Translations under genes and position numbers: made by a program | Notes under the pieces: model-generated | What the model was told of the DNA's origin: nothing | Seen by the model: the letters and a program-made list of their open reading frames with translations, nothing else | The model's database searches: none | Assembly: GCA_050575255.1 (NCBI GenBank) | Contig: JBNZDD010013690.1 | Span: 4,774,504-4,838,503, forward strand | Reading direction: 5' to 3' | DNA: 64,000 nucleotides | Origin: Harriotta raleighana | Lineage: Eukaryota | Shown: positions 1-12,219 of the stretch, piece by piece | Numbering within the stretch: the stretch's first letter is position 1 | Layout of the letters: every line of letters starts with the position of its first letter

Positions 1-384
1 TGATCTCATCCCACCAAAATACCCATTTTACCTTCCTCCCATCAAAGCATCCAGCTGCTCTTAAATGAGTCCTGGCATCAATCAACCATTATTTTTAGCA
101 ATCTGTTCCTTTTTGTGGAACATCATTGTACGCAACTTGGCTGATGTGATCATCTACAAATACACAGTCAACGCACATTACTGAAAGTGTGAAGGCTTTA
201 TGAGATTTCAATTTAACTTACAAATATGACATGAATGATTGTAACTAGGTATTTTGCAGCACTGATATCCACTGCAACACTGATATCCAGTTATTCGGTT
301 CCAGTTTTGATCTGTATCTCACAGTGGTATGTTATGTGGTAATATACATATTTGAGACATAAGTGTCTCACATAACTTTATGGA

Positions 385-532
385 TGGTTATTTGGGGAGG
401 ACAAATTGGTGGGGTTATGGGGAGAGAGTCGGTGAGTGGGATTGATTTTGAATAGCTCTTTTCAAAGAGCCAGTACAGACACGATGGGCCGAATGGCCTC
501 CTATTGTGCTATAAAATCTATAATTCTATGAA
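385..532 (+). mobile_element. CR1-type LINE 3' end fragment
   Basis: gggccgaatggcctcc hairpin followed by an (attctat)-like tail typical of CR1 3' ends. Confidence 0.7.
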
Positions 533-1119
533 TTATCCTCACCATATTTTGAACAATGCTGACAGCAAAAAACATATTATAGTTTTATTATCTTCTTTCC
601 TAGCACTTGTACAACAAGGAAGATTATATCTTTCAAGGGGAATTGAATTCTCCATAACATGTACTCATTACCCAGCGATTTACTTGAGCTATTTAACAAT
701 ATTATCTAGGTTTACAATTCTTCACGGATAAAGCTATAGAATTGGATTATATCACCAGGCAATCATGTTTCACATTGCAGATTAGGGTGTTTAACAATGA
801 AAAACAATAGGATTACAATTTTTCATCAGAGTGATACTCTGGGAGGTGCATTCCATTATATGCCAAAGGTGGATGGAAAATTGCCTTTTAGGATTATAGT
901 CATAGACAGTAGATTGGAGTCATTTATTTGTGGCCTCAATTCCTTAGATTGTTTACAAAAGAAAGCGAAATAGTGAAATATATTACAACACAACAGACAG
1001 GAAAACCATTAAAATAAAGATTATTGTGCATGTGATTCCCATGTATCAATAGTTAATGTTATACAGTAGTTTATGAGGATGGGTGTGGTGTGTTCAGGGA
1101 ATTATGTGTCAGCCCAGCT

Positions 1120-1505
1120 CAGACTCACGAGGTTGTGACTTCACACGTAGGGATTTGAAATCACATGCTCTAAAATGATATTTCAATGCCATTGTCAGCG
1201 GTGCCGTCCTTCAGATAACATGTTAAATCAAGGTCCTGTTTGTCTATTCAGGTGGACGTTTAACATCTTTATGCCACTTTTAAAAGGTAAAGGAGATACT
1301 TTCGTGGCGTGGGGGGGGGTCAACAATCCATCATGGCCAACGAACCCCAAATAAAATTTGGCACTCTGTTGGTGGGCCGTTTGTGTGACTTTGCTAGGCG
1401 CAATTCGCTTCCAAATACATAGTCACTCCACTTTACAATAAATCTTGTGATGTGCTTTCAGACATTTTCCTGATGAGAAAGGCATAATGCAGGGATTATT
1501 ATTAG
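1120..1505 (+). mobile_element. Old SacSINE1/Deu-type SINE
   Basis: ggtgccgtccttcagat...gttaaatcaaggtcctgt...caggtggacgt body, degraded Deu core and attatt tail. Similar copies at ~5560-5910, 55195-55580 and 60130-60530. Confidence 0.6.
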
Positions 1506-2844
1506 TATTTTCAGTGCAATGTATATGATACAAGCTTTATCCATGTGTTGACTTCAGCACAAATGCCCTTTTTAAAAAAAAGTGTGTTGACACCTAAACA
1601 TCTTCGATTCAGTAGTTCCAATGGTCCCAAAGACCATTATCATAACAATTTACTGAACGTACAGAGTTTTGGAAAATTCATAAAATAAGTCACAATTTGG
1701 AATATGTTTTTCAAACAACTGTATAAACCTGGGTTCCAGTTAAAAGATTAATTTATAATGATTCCCAAATTTTTGTATTCTGTGGAACTATAATTTAAAA
1801 ATACAGTCACTTTGAAGTATTTTGCGATGACTTAGAAGTGTGAGAGCCACAATTTCAAATGCACAGATTATTTTATTACGCTAAAACTAAGCTCGAAAAC
1901 AGGCCTCAGATATGTAGAGATTAAAGTCTCAGACATGTTCATATGACTGCTTTGGCCTTCTTTTAAAAATAATACACTATCAAAACCAGATTTGGTAATA
2001 TATTTTAAATGTAAATCAAAATTCAGTTAATTGAATATCTAGTCATTCAATAGTTTGGTTTATTAAATAGAAATTCAGAAATCCTAAACCATTTATAAGA
2101 CTCAGCTAAAAATATAGAACAGTTCATCGAAAACTGAATAGACAAATAACTTATTTATTGAATAATATTACTTGTAACTGTTCGTATAAAATTAATTCAC
2201 CGGAGTCCAGTTAAATGTATCGTCTCAAATCACTACCGTTTACAATGTTGGCATCCTCTCCGCCATCGGCATCCTCTCCTTCATCACCCTCCTGCTCACT
2301 TCCCAGAGAGGTCACTGCGATTGGACTGTTGACCATCTGCAAGTAAAGACACAATTGGCTGCCGCGTTTTGCCCACAAATATACAATCAATTCACTTTAC
2401 ACTATATTCTCTGAAGCGCTTTGAGACATCTGGAAGATGTGAAAAGCATTATATCAAATGCAAGGATTTTTATTAGTAAAGACGTGGTTGATTGTCGGAG
2501 GAGAGCTTTTCCATTGCTTTTGGAGGCTGGACATGTTGTTCTCCTGTGTTGTTCACTTATATGAATAGTTTGGTTTATTGAATGCTTTTTGCTGTCAAAT
2601 TAAATATTCAATAACATAATTTCACTGTATCATTTGTTATCTGTTGTAATTTTCTCAGTTTTAAATCGAGACACAGTTGACTTTGTAGCACCTGCACATA
2701 TTCTAGCCAGACTTTTGTAAAACTAAATAATGAAAAGCCTAAAAATAGTTTTGTTCAACTATCTGATCAGCCGTTCTTTAAATGTATCATAATTCTGCTT
2801 CCATCTTTTACTTAATATACAGTGACTATCCCTTTATATCCCAT

Positions 2845-4450
2845 TGAATCCATGCAAAACACTACTTAAGTACACCATCTGCTACCTGGACCCTAGCCCC
2901 ACCCCTCTCCTTACCTCCAAGCTCCACCTCTTTGCCTCACTACTTGCCGACACCATCAACCTGATCTCTTTCATCCGGCATCATTCCCACCCCCTTCAAA
3001 ATAGCCACTATCACCCCCATCCTTAAGAAATCTTCCTTTGATGTGTTGCAGCTTTCAAACTACAGGCGCATCTCCAACCTCCCTCTTCTGTCAAAGGTCC
3101 TTGAAAGAGTGGTTACCACCCAGACTTGCTCTTTCCTCTCATCCCACTCCCTGCACGAGCCCCTCCAATCGTCAAGGTCACAAATGATATCCAATTGTGA
3201 CTAGGCCACCCTCTGCCTCATCGTCCTCCTTGACCTATCAGCCGTCTTTGACACCGTGGGCCACTCAGTCCCCCTCCATCGCCTCTCCCCACACTTCCAA
3301 CCGTCAAGTTTCTATCATTGACTGGTCCCAGTCCTACCTTTCACGCCGTCTCCTCTATGTGTCTGCCAACAGCTTTTCTTCCAGGCCATGCACCATCTTG
3401 TGCGGTCTTCCTCAGGGCTCTGTCCTTGGTTCCCTCCTCTTCATCTTCTACTTGCTCCTACTCGGTGACATCATCCACAAACATGCGGTAAATGTATGCG
3501 GATGACATCCAACTCTACCTCTCTGCTTCTACCCTCAATTCCACGACTACCGGTGTCCTGACTGCCTACCATCGAGTCCTGGATGAGGAACAACTTTCTC
3601 CAGTTGAACGTCAACAAGACTGAGGCTCACCTGATTGGCTTGCATTAGTGTTTCCACACCTCAGGTTCTGGCAGCATAGCATCCACGGCTACACACTCCA
3701 ACTCATGAAGCCAGTCAGGAACCTGGGTATCTTGTTTGAGCCTGAACTGTTCTTTCTCCCCCACATCCGCACCATGATCAGGACTGCCTTTTACGACCTC
3801 CGTAACATTGACAGACTACAATACTGCCTCACTCCTCAGGCTGCTGAAACCCTCACCCATGCATTGTCACATCAAGGCTTGACTTTGGAAACTCCCTCCT
3901 CGTTGGCCTTCCCAGCTTTCTCTTCAAAAGCTGCAGATCATTCAAAACTCTGCAGCTCGTGTCCTCTCCCGCACAAGGCTCGCGACCCCATCAGTCCCAC
4001 CCGGCTCCATTGGCTCCCATCCCCCAGAAGTTCAAATTCAAGACCCTCGTCCTCAGTTTCAAGGCCATTCACAGCCTTGCCCCTTCCTATCTCTCCAACC
4101 TGCTGACTCCCTATCTATCTGCCCGCCCCCTACGTTCAATGGGCTCCGGTCTGCTCCATGTGTCCCACCCGACCCTCCCTACCATTGGCCAGTTAATTTG
4201 CCCTGCTGTCAATATCCCAGCCTCTTCCCATGCAAAATATTGATAAGGGATTCTGCTTTACTTGTGACTATTTACCACGTAAATCGTCGCATTCTCGAAA
4301 TTCTTGTAAGTACTTACAATGTAAAATTGATTGGGTAATTCGTCCTGTAAGATGACACCTTGCATGCCCCCTCTCTGCCCCCACTCTGCATCCCACAGTC
4401 CTTTTGCCTCGCCTCCGCCCTTGACTCCTTCAAGGCCTTGTCGTGTCCCA
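2845..4450 (+). mobile_element. L2 LINE ORF2 (RT) fragment, decayed, interrupted at 4194-4364
   Basis: Frameshifted RT motifs GLPQGSVLG and YADD (tatgcggatgac ~3495), and the LHWLP / FKFKTLVL C-terminal motifs of L2. Confidence 0.9.
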
Positions 4451-4499
4451 AACTATATACTGTATCCCCAGATATTATTTTCTAGCAGAAATCTATCTA

Positions 4500-4939
4500 C
4501 AGTAAAACCCCGTTTATCCAGCACCCACGGGACCTGGCCAGTGGTGGTTAAACAGTTTTCCAGTTGAACTTTTTTTTTNAAATTTTTAAAAAATATATAT
4601 ATTTTTTTTAATTAAAAATTATTTTAACACATAACATATTAATAATAGACTAAATAATAACAGAATATTGTATTTGTACTTTATTATTTATACTTAACTT
4701 CGCAATGGCAGCCCTCACCCGACAGAGTTAAACAAACGCAACTTTCAAAAGGAGCAGGAGCGAGTTTAGACCCGACTAGCGGCCAGCCGCGAGTACTTGC
4801 ACCAGTACTCGCATGCAACTATCGATTCATTAAACGCGTCATCGCTATTTGCCGGATAACTTCTGGTGCATCGAATTGGGACATTTTTTTGAGATGGGTT
4901 TTCTGGTTCATCGAGTCACAGATAAACAAGGTTTTTCTG
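4500..4939. mobile_element. Tc1/mariner (Tigger-like) MITE
   Basis: ta|cagtaaaaccccgtttatc ... gataaacaaggtttttctg terminal inverted repeats, TA on the left side. Confidence 0.85.
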
Positions 4940-4959
4940 TCATTTGTTTTTGAAACAAA

Positions 4960-5400
4960 CAACACTTTCTGCATCAACCACCTTCATAGGGAACCTATTC
5001 TATAAATTTCTTCTCACTCAACAAAGTACTATTTCCGCATATTTGTTCTTAATCTTAAAGAACATAATCAAATCACCCCTCAACCTTCTATTCTCCAGCA
5101 TGAATGTGCCCAATCATTCCTTATAGACCAGTCCTTCCATCCCCTCAATCATTTTGATTGTCCTCCTTTGTATCCTCTCAATAGATGGAATATCCTTTTT
5201 ATATTGCAGTGACCAGAACTGCATAGAGTATTTCAAGTGCGTTCATACCAGAGATTTGTAAAGTGGCAGGATTACCCACTTTTTGGGCTCAATATTACCC
5301 TTTTAATACAACACAGCATCTGGTTTGCCTTACTCACAGCTACAAAGCATTGTTGTGATACCTTCAATTTAATGTCAGTCAGAAACCCCAGGGTATTTTC
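4960..5400 (-). mobile_element. CR1 LINE ORF2 fragment, decayed
   Basis: Minus-strand QQCFVAVSKANQMLCCIKR resembles the CR1 KKAN.MLG.I.R motif. Confidence 0.75.
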
Positions 5401-5559
5401 ATTTTCTATACGGATTATTTTCCTCTCAGAAAGAACAAACATTTCGACTGAGGAATATATTTGTGTGTATGCCAGTTTGGGCTCTGTGATAGGCCTCTTG
5501 CCTTTGAGTGAGAAAGTTGTGGGCTTATGCCCCACGTCAGGACTTGTGATCATATAATC

Positions 5560-5912
5560 TAAGATTGTGCTCCAATGGGAGTGTGCTGCATTGTTGAAAG
5601 CACCTTATTGGAAGTGCCTTTCTTTGAATGAAACATTAACCGAGATCCCGTCTGCCTGTTTTGGTTAAATAGCACTTTTCGTAAAGAGAAGGGAGTTTCT
5701 GCCAATATCCAGGCCAACAATTCCCAAATAATATTGGGCACATACTGCATTGGTCACTGAGTCCATGGCTGTTTGTGGGACTTCGCTGCATGTAACTGGC
5801 TTCTCACAAAATACAAGATTCGTCCACTTTATAGAATATCACAGGAATTGCTTTGAGACATCCCGTCAATGTGATAACGTGCTATATCAAATGAAAAGTT
5901 TATTATTATTAT
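5560..5912 (+). mobile_element. Old SacSINE1/Deu-type SINE
   Basis: gaaacattaaccgagatcccgtctgcctgtt body, gctgtttgtggga Deu core, gctatatcaaatg...attattatt tail. Confidence 0.65.
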
Positions 5913-7225
5913 ATTTCTAGCCTTGGCTTCCACACCATCCACTTTTGCTATAGATGGAGAAGCTTTGGTTATTCCCTTTTAGTTCGGTGTCAGCTTGGCT
6001 AAATTGGTAGCATACTTGGTTGGAAAGTTGTGGCTTCAAGCCACCGATTAAAACCTGAGCCTGCAGTTAGGCCTGCAGTACTACAGGTATGCTGCATACC
6101 AGCGCTTTGCGATGTCCTCCTAACATGAAACACACTGTACAAATGTAATTTGTTGTTGGCCCTGAAAGCCCTTTAAATCAGTTATTAAACCACAGTTCCT
6201 ATCTGCCTGATCCTGGTGTAAGTGGTTGGCGGAGGCTGGGAATATTAGGCGAATATTAAAGATCCCAATCGATTATCCAGTGAAAACTGTTGGATGTTTG
6301 GGTGTCTGATTGTTGGTAAGGACAAAAGAAAAGTATTCATTCTCTTCTCCCTCCCCAACCTCTTTCGGCATGATTGGATGATTGATAATAATAATAATCC
6401 TTACATTTGGTTTAGTGCCTATCAAATCTGGCGAATGTATCAAAGCGCTTCACAGACATACTGTAAAGGGTAGATGCTCTGGGATGCTTCTCTGCGTGAA
6501 AGATGCTATTATAAATGCAAGTAGTTGTTGTAGTTACTTGCGTTTTTGTACAGTAAACACTGCTGAGTTTTACTATCCAGACATGCATTTGAAGAGTCTT
6601 AAGAAGGTACGAAGAAAAATTTACAGTGAACTCTGCATAACTCAACCCTAACTTAACTAGTCACTCCCACGTAAATTGCCATGCTGTCAATATCCCAGCC
6701 TCTTCCCAAGCAAAATGTTAATAAGGGATTCTGCTTTACTTGTGACTCCGCTTACCACGTAATTCGTTGCATTCTAGAAATTATTTTAAGTACTTAAAAT
6801 GAAAAATTGATTGGATAAGTCGTCCTGTAAGATGATACCTTGCATTGGAGAAGCCTCCTGTCTTGGGGCTGCCCTCCTGGGATTTCAGGAGCACCATTAC
6901 CATATGGGTTTCTACCCTGGCATCCATACGGCAATGGTGCTCCTGAAATTTTGGGATTGCCACCCCGACTCCCACCCTATCCTGTGACTGGTACAAGTGC
7001 TCGGTGGAGGTTGGGCATGCTCAGATGCATCACAGAGGCCTCATATCTCTTGGAGGACTATGTCGTAGCCTCCCAACCTACTCTCTACCTAACCTGTGAC
7101 AGGATAGGGCAGGAGGCTACAGGACAGCACTCTGATTGACCAGTGGCCTCTATGATCCCCCGATGCGTGCGTGGCTAATCTCTAGCAAGTGCAAACACCA
7201 GTAACAGCACCCCTTGACGCCCAAG

Positions 7226-8475
7226 AACAACAACAACAAGATTGCATTTATAGATTGCATTTCACGTCAGGAGGACATCCCAAGGCGCTGGACAGTTGGT
7301 TTAGGACCCGAGCAGGGGTAAATGTTCAGGGCGAGGGGAGGCGAGGGTAGGAGCGAGGACGGGGTAGAGAGTCGAGAGGGGAGCTGAAGGCACGGTCGAA
7401 GAGAAAGGTCTTGAGACCGGCCTTGAAAGAGGAAAGGGAGGAAGCGAGGCGAAGGCACTGGGGGATGGAGTTCCAGAGCCTAGGGGCTGAGCGGCTGAAA
7501 GCCCGGCCGCCAATGGTAGGACAGTTAGGGCAGGGGATGTGGAGCAGACCAGAGCCAGAGGAACGGAGGNNNNNNNNNNNNNNNNNNNNNNNNNNNNNNN
7601 NNNNNNNNNNNNNNNNNNNNNNNNNNNNNNNNNNNNNNNNNNNNNNNNNNNNNNNNNNNNNNNNNNNNNNNNNNNNNNNNNNNNNNNNNNNNNNNNNNNN
7701 NNNNNNNNNNNNNNNNNNNNNNNNNNNNNNNNNNNNNNNNNNNNNNNNGTAGTCGTGGAGTTGAGGGTAGAGGAGGAAAGGTAGAGTTGGGTGTCATCCG
7801 CATACATGTGGAAGTTAACCCCATGTCTGCGGATGATGTCACCAAGGGGGAGCATATAGAGGGTGAAGAGGAGAGGACCAAGGACAGAGCCCTGAGGGAT
7901 GCCGCAGGAGACAGTGCGGGGTCTGGAGGAAAAGCCATTTGAGTGTATGAAATGAAGACGGTGGGAGAGGTAGGACCTAAACCACTCAAGGACAGGGCCT
8001 TGAAGGTTGAGGTGGGAGGACAGGCGGTGCAGGAGGATAGAGTGGTCGACCGTATCGAATGCGGCCGAAAGGTCGAGGAGGACGAGGAGGCAGAGGGAGC
8101 ACTGGTCACAGATGGTCAGGATGTCATTGGTGACCTTGACCAGGGCAGTTTCCGTGCTATGGGCAGCATGGAAACCCGACTGGAGGGGTTCGAGGAGTGA
8201 GTGGGTAGAGAGGAAAGAGCGCAGCTGGGAGGTGACGACTCTTTCCAGAACCTTGGACAGGAAGGGGAGGTTAGAAATGGGCCGGTAGCTTGAAAGCTGC
8301 GACGCATCAAGGGAAGGTTTCTTGAGGGTGGGAGTGATGGTGGCAGTCTTGAGGGGAATGGGGACTGAAACAGAAGAGAGAGACAGGTTGATTATATCTG
8401 TGAGAAGTGGGGCAAGGATGTGGAGCTGGGAGATAAGGAGTGGAGTGGGGATGGGGTCCAGGGAGCAGGTGACCT
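7226..8475 (-). mobile_element. L2 LINE (RT to 3' tail), spans an N gap
   Basis: Minus-strand [14 protein letters not shown] and PQGSVLG region, (TTG)n tail at 7226-7240. Confidence 0.92.
7570..7748. other. Assembly gap (179 N)
   Basis: Run of N inside an L2 copy. Confidence 1.
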
Positions 8476-8939
8476 ATGTCTAACTCTCCACTAGATAACT
8501 CATCACTGAGCACTTTTACCTGTGACAAGTTATCTGGAGTTTACTGAAAGAGAAAAAGAAATGAAAATAAGAATTACCATTAACTTTACATTTCATTATT
8601 TTTAAATTCTAGTAGGGTGTAGGTTAATGTATTCTATCCCTTATCTCTTCAGTCATGCCTTTCGTCAAATCATTAAATCTTTTATTTCCCAGCCACATTC
8701 ATCAAGAGATTTTAAAAAGTACTTGCACCTGAAAAGTACTAAATAATTGTAAATTCTTGTAACCAGGAAAATATAATTCTGAATAACAAAACTTCTGCCA
8801 ATATTTTTTGACATATATAAAACTGAAATGCTTTCAAATACAACACTTAATAGTTCCAGTATACTATTTGATTAATACTACTAGCTGCAACATTCTGCAA
8901 TACAACAACCTAAAGGGGTTAGGTTTTGGAGTGGGTGTT

Positions 8940-9875
8940 ACAACAACAACAACAACAAAATTACACTTGTATAGCGCCTTTCACGACGGGAGGACGTCCC
9001 AAAGCGCTGAACAGTCAGGTCGGGACTCGAGCGGGTGGCGGGGCGGGGGGAGGGGGAAGGAGAGGGGGAAGAGTTAGAGGGGGAGCCAAAGACATGGTCA
9101 AAGAGGAAGGTCTTGAGACCGGCCTTGAAGGAGGACAGGGAGGAAGCAAGGTGGAGGGACTGCGGGATGGAGTTCCAGAGTGTGGGGGCAGAGAGGCTGA
9201 AAGCCCGGCCACCAGTGGTTGGGCGATTAGGGCAGTGGACACGGAGCAGACCTGAATCTCCTGAATGGAGGATGCGGGCAGGCTGATAGGGAGACAGCAG
9301 ATCAGAGAGATAGGCAGGGGAAAGACCGTGAATGGCCTTGAAAGTGAGGACGAGATCTTGAATTTGATCCTCTGGGAGATGGGGAGCCAGTGGAGACGGG
9401 CAAGGGTGGGAGTGATGTGGTCACAAAGCTTGGTGCAGGAGAGTACACGAGCTGCAGAATTCTGAATGATCTGCAGCCTGTGAAGGGAGGACTTGGGAAG
9501 GCCGACAAGGAGAGAGTTCCCATAGTCAAGCTGGAAGTGATAAAGGCATGAATGAGGTTTTCGGCGGCATGGGTGGTGAGGTAGTGGCGGAGTCTGGCAA
9601 TTTTGTGGAGGTGGTGGAAGGCAATAACGGTCGACGGTGTCGAAGGCGGCGGATAGGTCGAGGAGGACGAGGAGGCAGAGGGAGCCCTGGTCACAGATGG
9701 TCAGGATGTCGTTTGTGACCTTGGCCAGAGCAGTTTCCATGCTGTGGGATGTGCGGAAACCCGATTGGAGGGGTTCGAGGAGTGAGTGTCTTGAGAGGAA
9801 AGAGCAGAGCTGGGAGGCAACCACTCTTTCCAGGACCTTGGAGAAGAAGGGGAGATTGGAGATAGCTACCGGCCC
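8940..9875 (-). mobile_element. L2 LINE with internal deletion
   Basis: QSGFR..HS.ETAL and [14 protein letters not shown] motifs joined directly to the C-terminal region (YADD segment absent), (TTG)n tail at ~8940. Confidence 0.92.
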
Positions 9876-10586
9876 ATAGACTTCCCTTTGGCTACCCTGT
9901 TACCCCTGCCTTGCTTACTTTGCCAAGTTTGCACATTGAACTTATCCCACACCCTTTGCCAGCTTCACCCTCAGAAACTTTAATTCTGACCATTTTCATT
10001 CCTGTATTATAATTTAAACAAACATATGTGGAGTACATTTCTGGGTTGAAATTGCTCGAGCATAAAAAGCAAAACAAAGAGTGACCTATTAAAGGGACCT
10101 ACTTAAATGAGTGACCAGATAGCAGCTACAGACGACTGTGATCACAGAGATGTAGTTGTAGATGCAGTTACTAGGATGATATACAGGGAATTGCATTCTT
10201 CATGCAATCATTATGCAGCTTTCGCAATGGAGATTTTGCTTTTCTCTGTGTGTTAATTGACAATTCCCGAGGGTGGCATTTGGTCGACAGCTTTAAGAAT
10301 GATGGAATCAGATTCACATTATTATGTGACTATTGATCAGCCTCACTGTGACACTGCACTGGCAGAGCAGCCTTCCCTCCAGCAGGATGTTGACGATCTT
10401 TCTGTATTCGCCTCCTCCTTTCTCTGTTTCTAGAAGTATTAGGAGAAATAAGGTAGTGCTGGAGCCACATGTAGGTAGGGGTGCCTGTTCCTATTCTGCT
10501 GCATTTATCGAAACATCATTGCAGCAAGGGACGTGCGAGCTGACTGACTGGATGAAGCAGGCTTCTGTATCATCAAGCCTGCTGGA

Positions 10587-10640
10587 ATGGGCCACTGCTG
10601 TTGTAAGCAGCATTACTGCCTTGGTTGCCTGGACAAGAGG
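10587..10640 (+). CDS. MTUS2: MTUS2 short-isoform alternative first coding exon (MGHCCCKQHYCLGCLDKR)
   Basis: ATG in strong Kozak context (ggaATGg), 18 codons, donor AGG|gtaatt. Phase 0 matches the next exon (NESAL...). Resembles my recollection of the Cys-rich N-terminus of the mammalian short MTUS2 isoform. Confidence 0.85.
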
Positions 10641-11529
10641 GTAATTGAACTTCCAATGCTTCATTTTGTTCCAGTCACAGAGAGCAACAATTCTGCTGTG
10701 CTGCTGCCTGTATTGGAGTCATTTAGGTTTTAGTTTGTTAATTCTTAAACTGTTCTCTGAGGGAAGGAAACGTATTTTATTTGTAATATATCTTTTAAAT
10801 TCACCTTGTTACATTGTGGCTGTTGATGGCAGAGGATGCAATGTGCACTTGGTTCCAGTCCAATCCAACACTCCACGACTGCAGTGTTAACTTTCTGTGA
10901 TTCTGTTTTAAACAAGTGGGATGGGGATTAGATGTGCTACATTCAAGTTTTCTTTTCTGCCGTGTTTTACCTTTTAACAAAACTGAACCACTGTTCTTTT
11001 TGAAGTAATTAGGAGAATATTGCCTGTAGTCGTTTCTTATTACTTCTGGAAAGTAGCATTTCATGCTCAGATTGATACGAGCTTGTTAAGGTTGGATTGG
11101 AAACTGATTTAGATGTTTTTGAAGACATATATTTTGTTTATCTAACTCCATGAAATGCTTGGTTGTGTTTCACAGCATGGAATGCTATTAGTGGGTACAT
11201 ATTCAGACATGAAAGGCGCTTTAGAAATGTAATTTGTTGTTGTTGTTTCAGTTTCATAGGAAATAAGTAACCAATTCAATTTTTTGCTTAATTACTGTCG
11301 TGAAAGAGATAGCATTTGTGTGGAAATATATTCAAATAAAACCTCCAGAGAACATTATTGAAGATAAATTCAAATTATTAACTTTGACTTTAGGACAGGT
11401 GGATCTGAAAACAACAACAACAACAAAATACAGAACAACAACAAAATGTCATTTATAGAGTGCCTTTCACATTGGGAGGACGTTCCAACATGAAAAAAAA
11501 AAAATCATAAAATAAAGCCTCAGAAAGAC

Positions 11530-11805
11530 TTACATTTGTTACCCTTCCTTTGAATGTGATATTAAACTTAGGTGGACATAAATATCCCAAAGAAAGAAGG
11601 GACTTTCTCCTGTTCTCCTGGCTAACAATCCCCCAAATAACATTGGTCACTCACTCCATGACTGTTTGTGGGATATTGCTGTATGCAAACGGGCTGCTGT
11701 ATTTCACTCACAAAATAGTCAATCCATTTTACAGTATATCTTGTAAACTGCTTCTCAAAGGCATGATCAGGCAGTATATCAAATGCTAGGATTATGATTA
11801 TTATT
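11530..11805 (+). mobile_element. Deu-type SINE remnant
   Basis: gactgtttgtgggatattgctgtatgcaaacgggctgc core and tatatcaaatgctaggattatgattatt tail. Confidence 0.65.
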
Positions 11806-12152
11806 TCCAAAATTGATACAGAGGTAGGTTTTTAAGTGCTTATTTTTTAAAAATAAATCCAAATTTTAGCAAATGTTAAAGTGAATTGCTAACAAGTTGT
11901 TTTACAAAGTTCTTAAAAATATGATGACTTCAGTGGCATCATTAGTGCATTTTATGGGGATTAGTTTAATAGCCATTACTAATTCTCAGTACCAGGCATT
12001 ACATGGAACAAGGTGACATAAGACAAAGTATGAGTGGTATTTGCTAATCCATCTGGGTCACCATTTGTTGTACAAATGTTCTGTTGCTTATTTATGTCTT
12101 TATGCTATTTCAACTCAATTATTTTTTGCATTATTCCTATTCTTCTTTGCAG

Positions 12153-12219
12153 AATGAAAGTGCCCTTATCAAAGAGAAAGAGCTCTCCATAGAACTTGCT
12201 CACATCAGAGATGAAGCCG
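12153..12219 (+). CDS. MTUS2: MTUS2 exon (NESALIKEKELSIELAHIRDEA)
   Basis: Polypyrimidine tract + cag acceptor, g|gtaagc donor, 67 bp. Close to human MTUS2 NESALVKEKELSIELANIRDEV (recalled). Confidence 0.95.

Noticed and set aside
9015-9824. 269-aa ORF with RT motifs, considered as a domesticated or active RT gene
   Set aside because: Internally deleted, frameshifted L2 fragment with no YADD segment.
1-10300. Exons of the long MTUS2 isoform
   Set aside because: I found no splice-flanked segment resembling the upstream MTUS2 exons; they probably lie before the window, though a small exon could have been missed.
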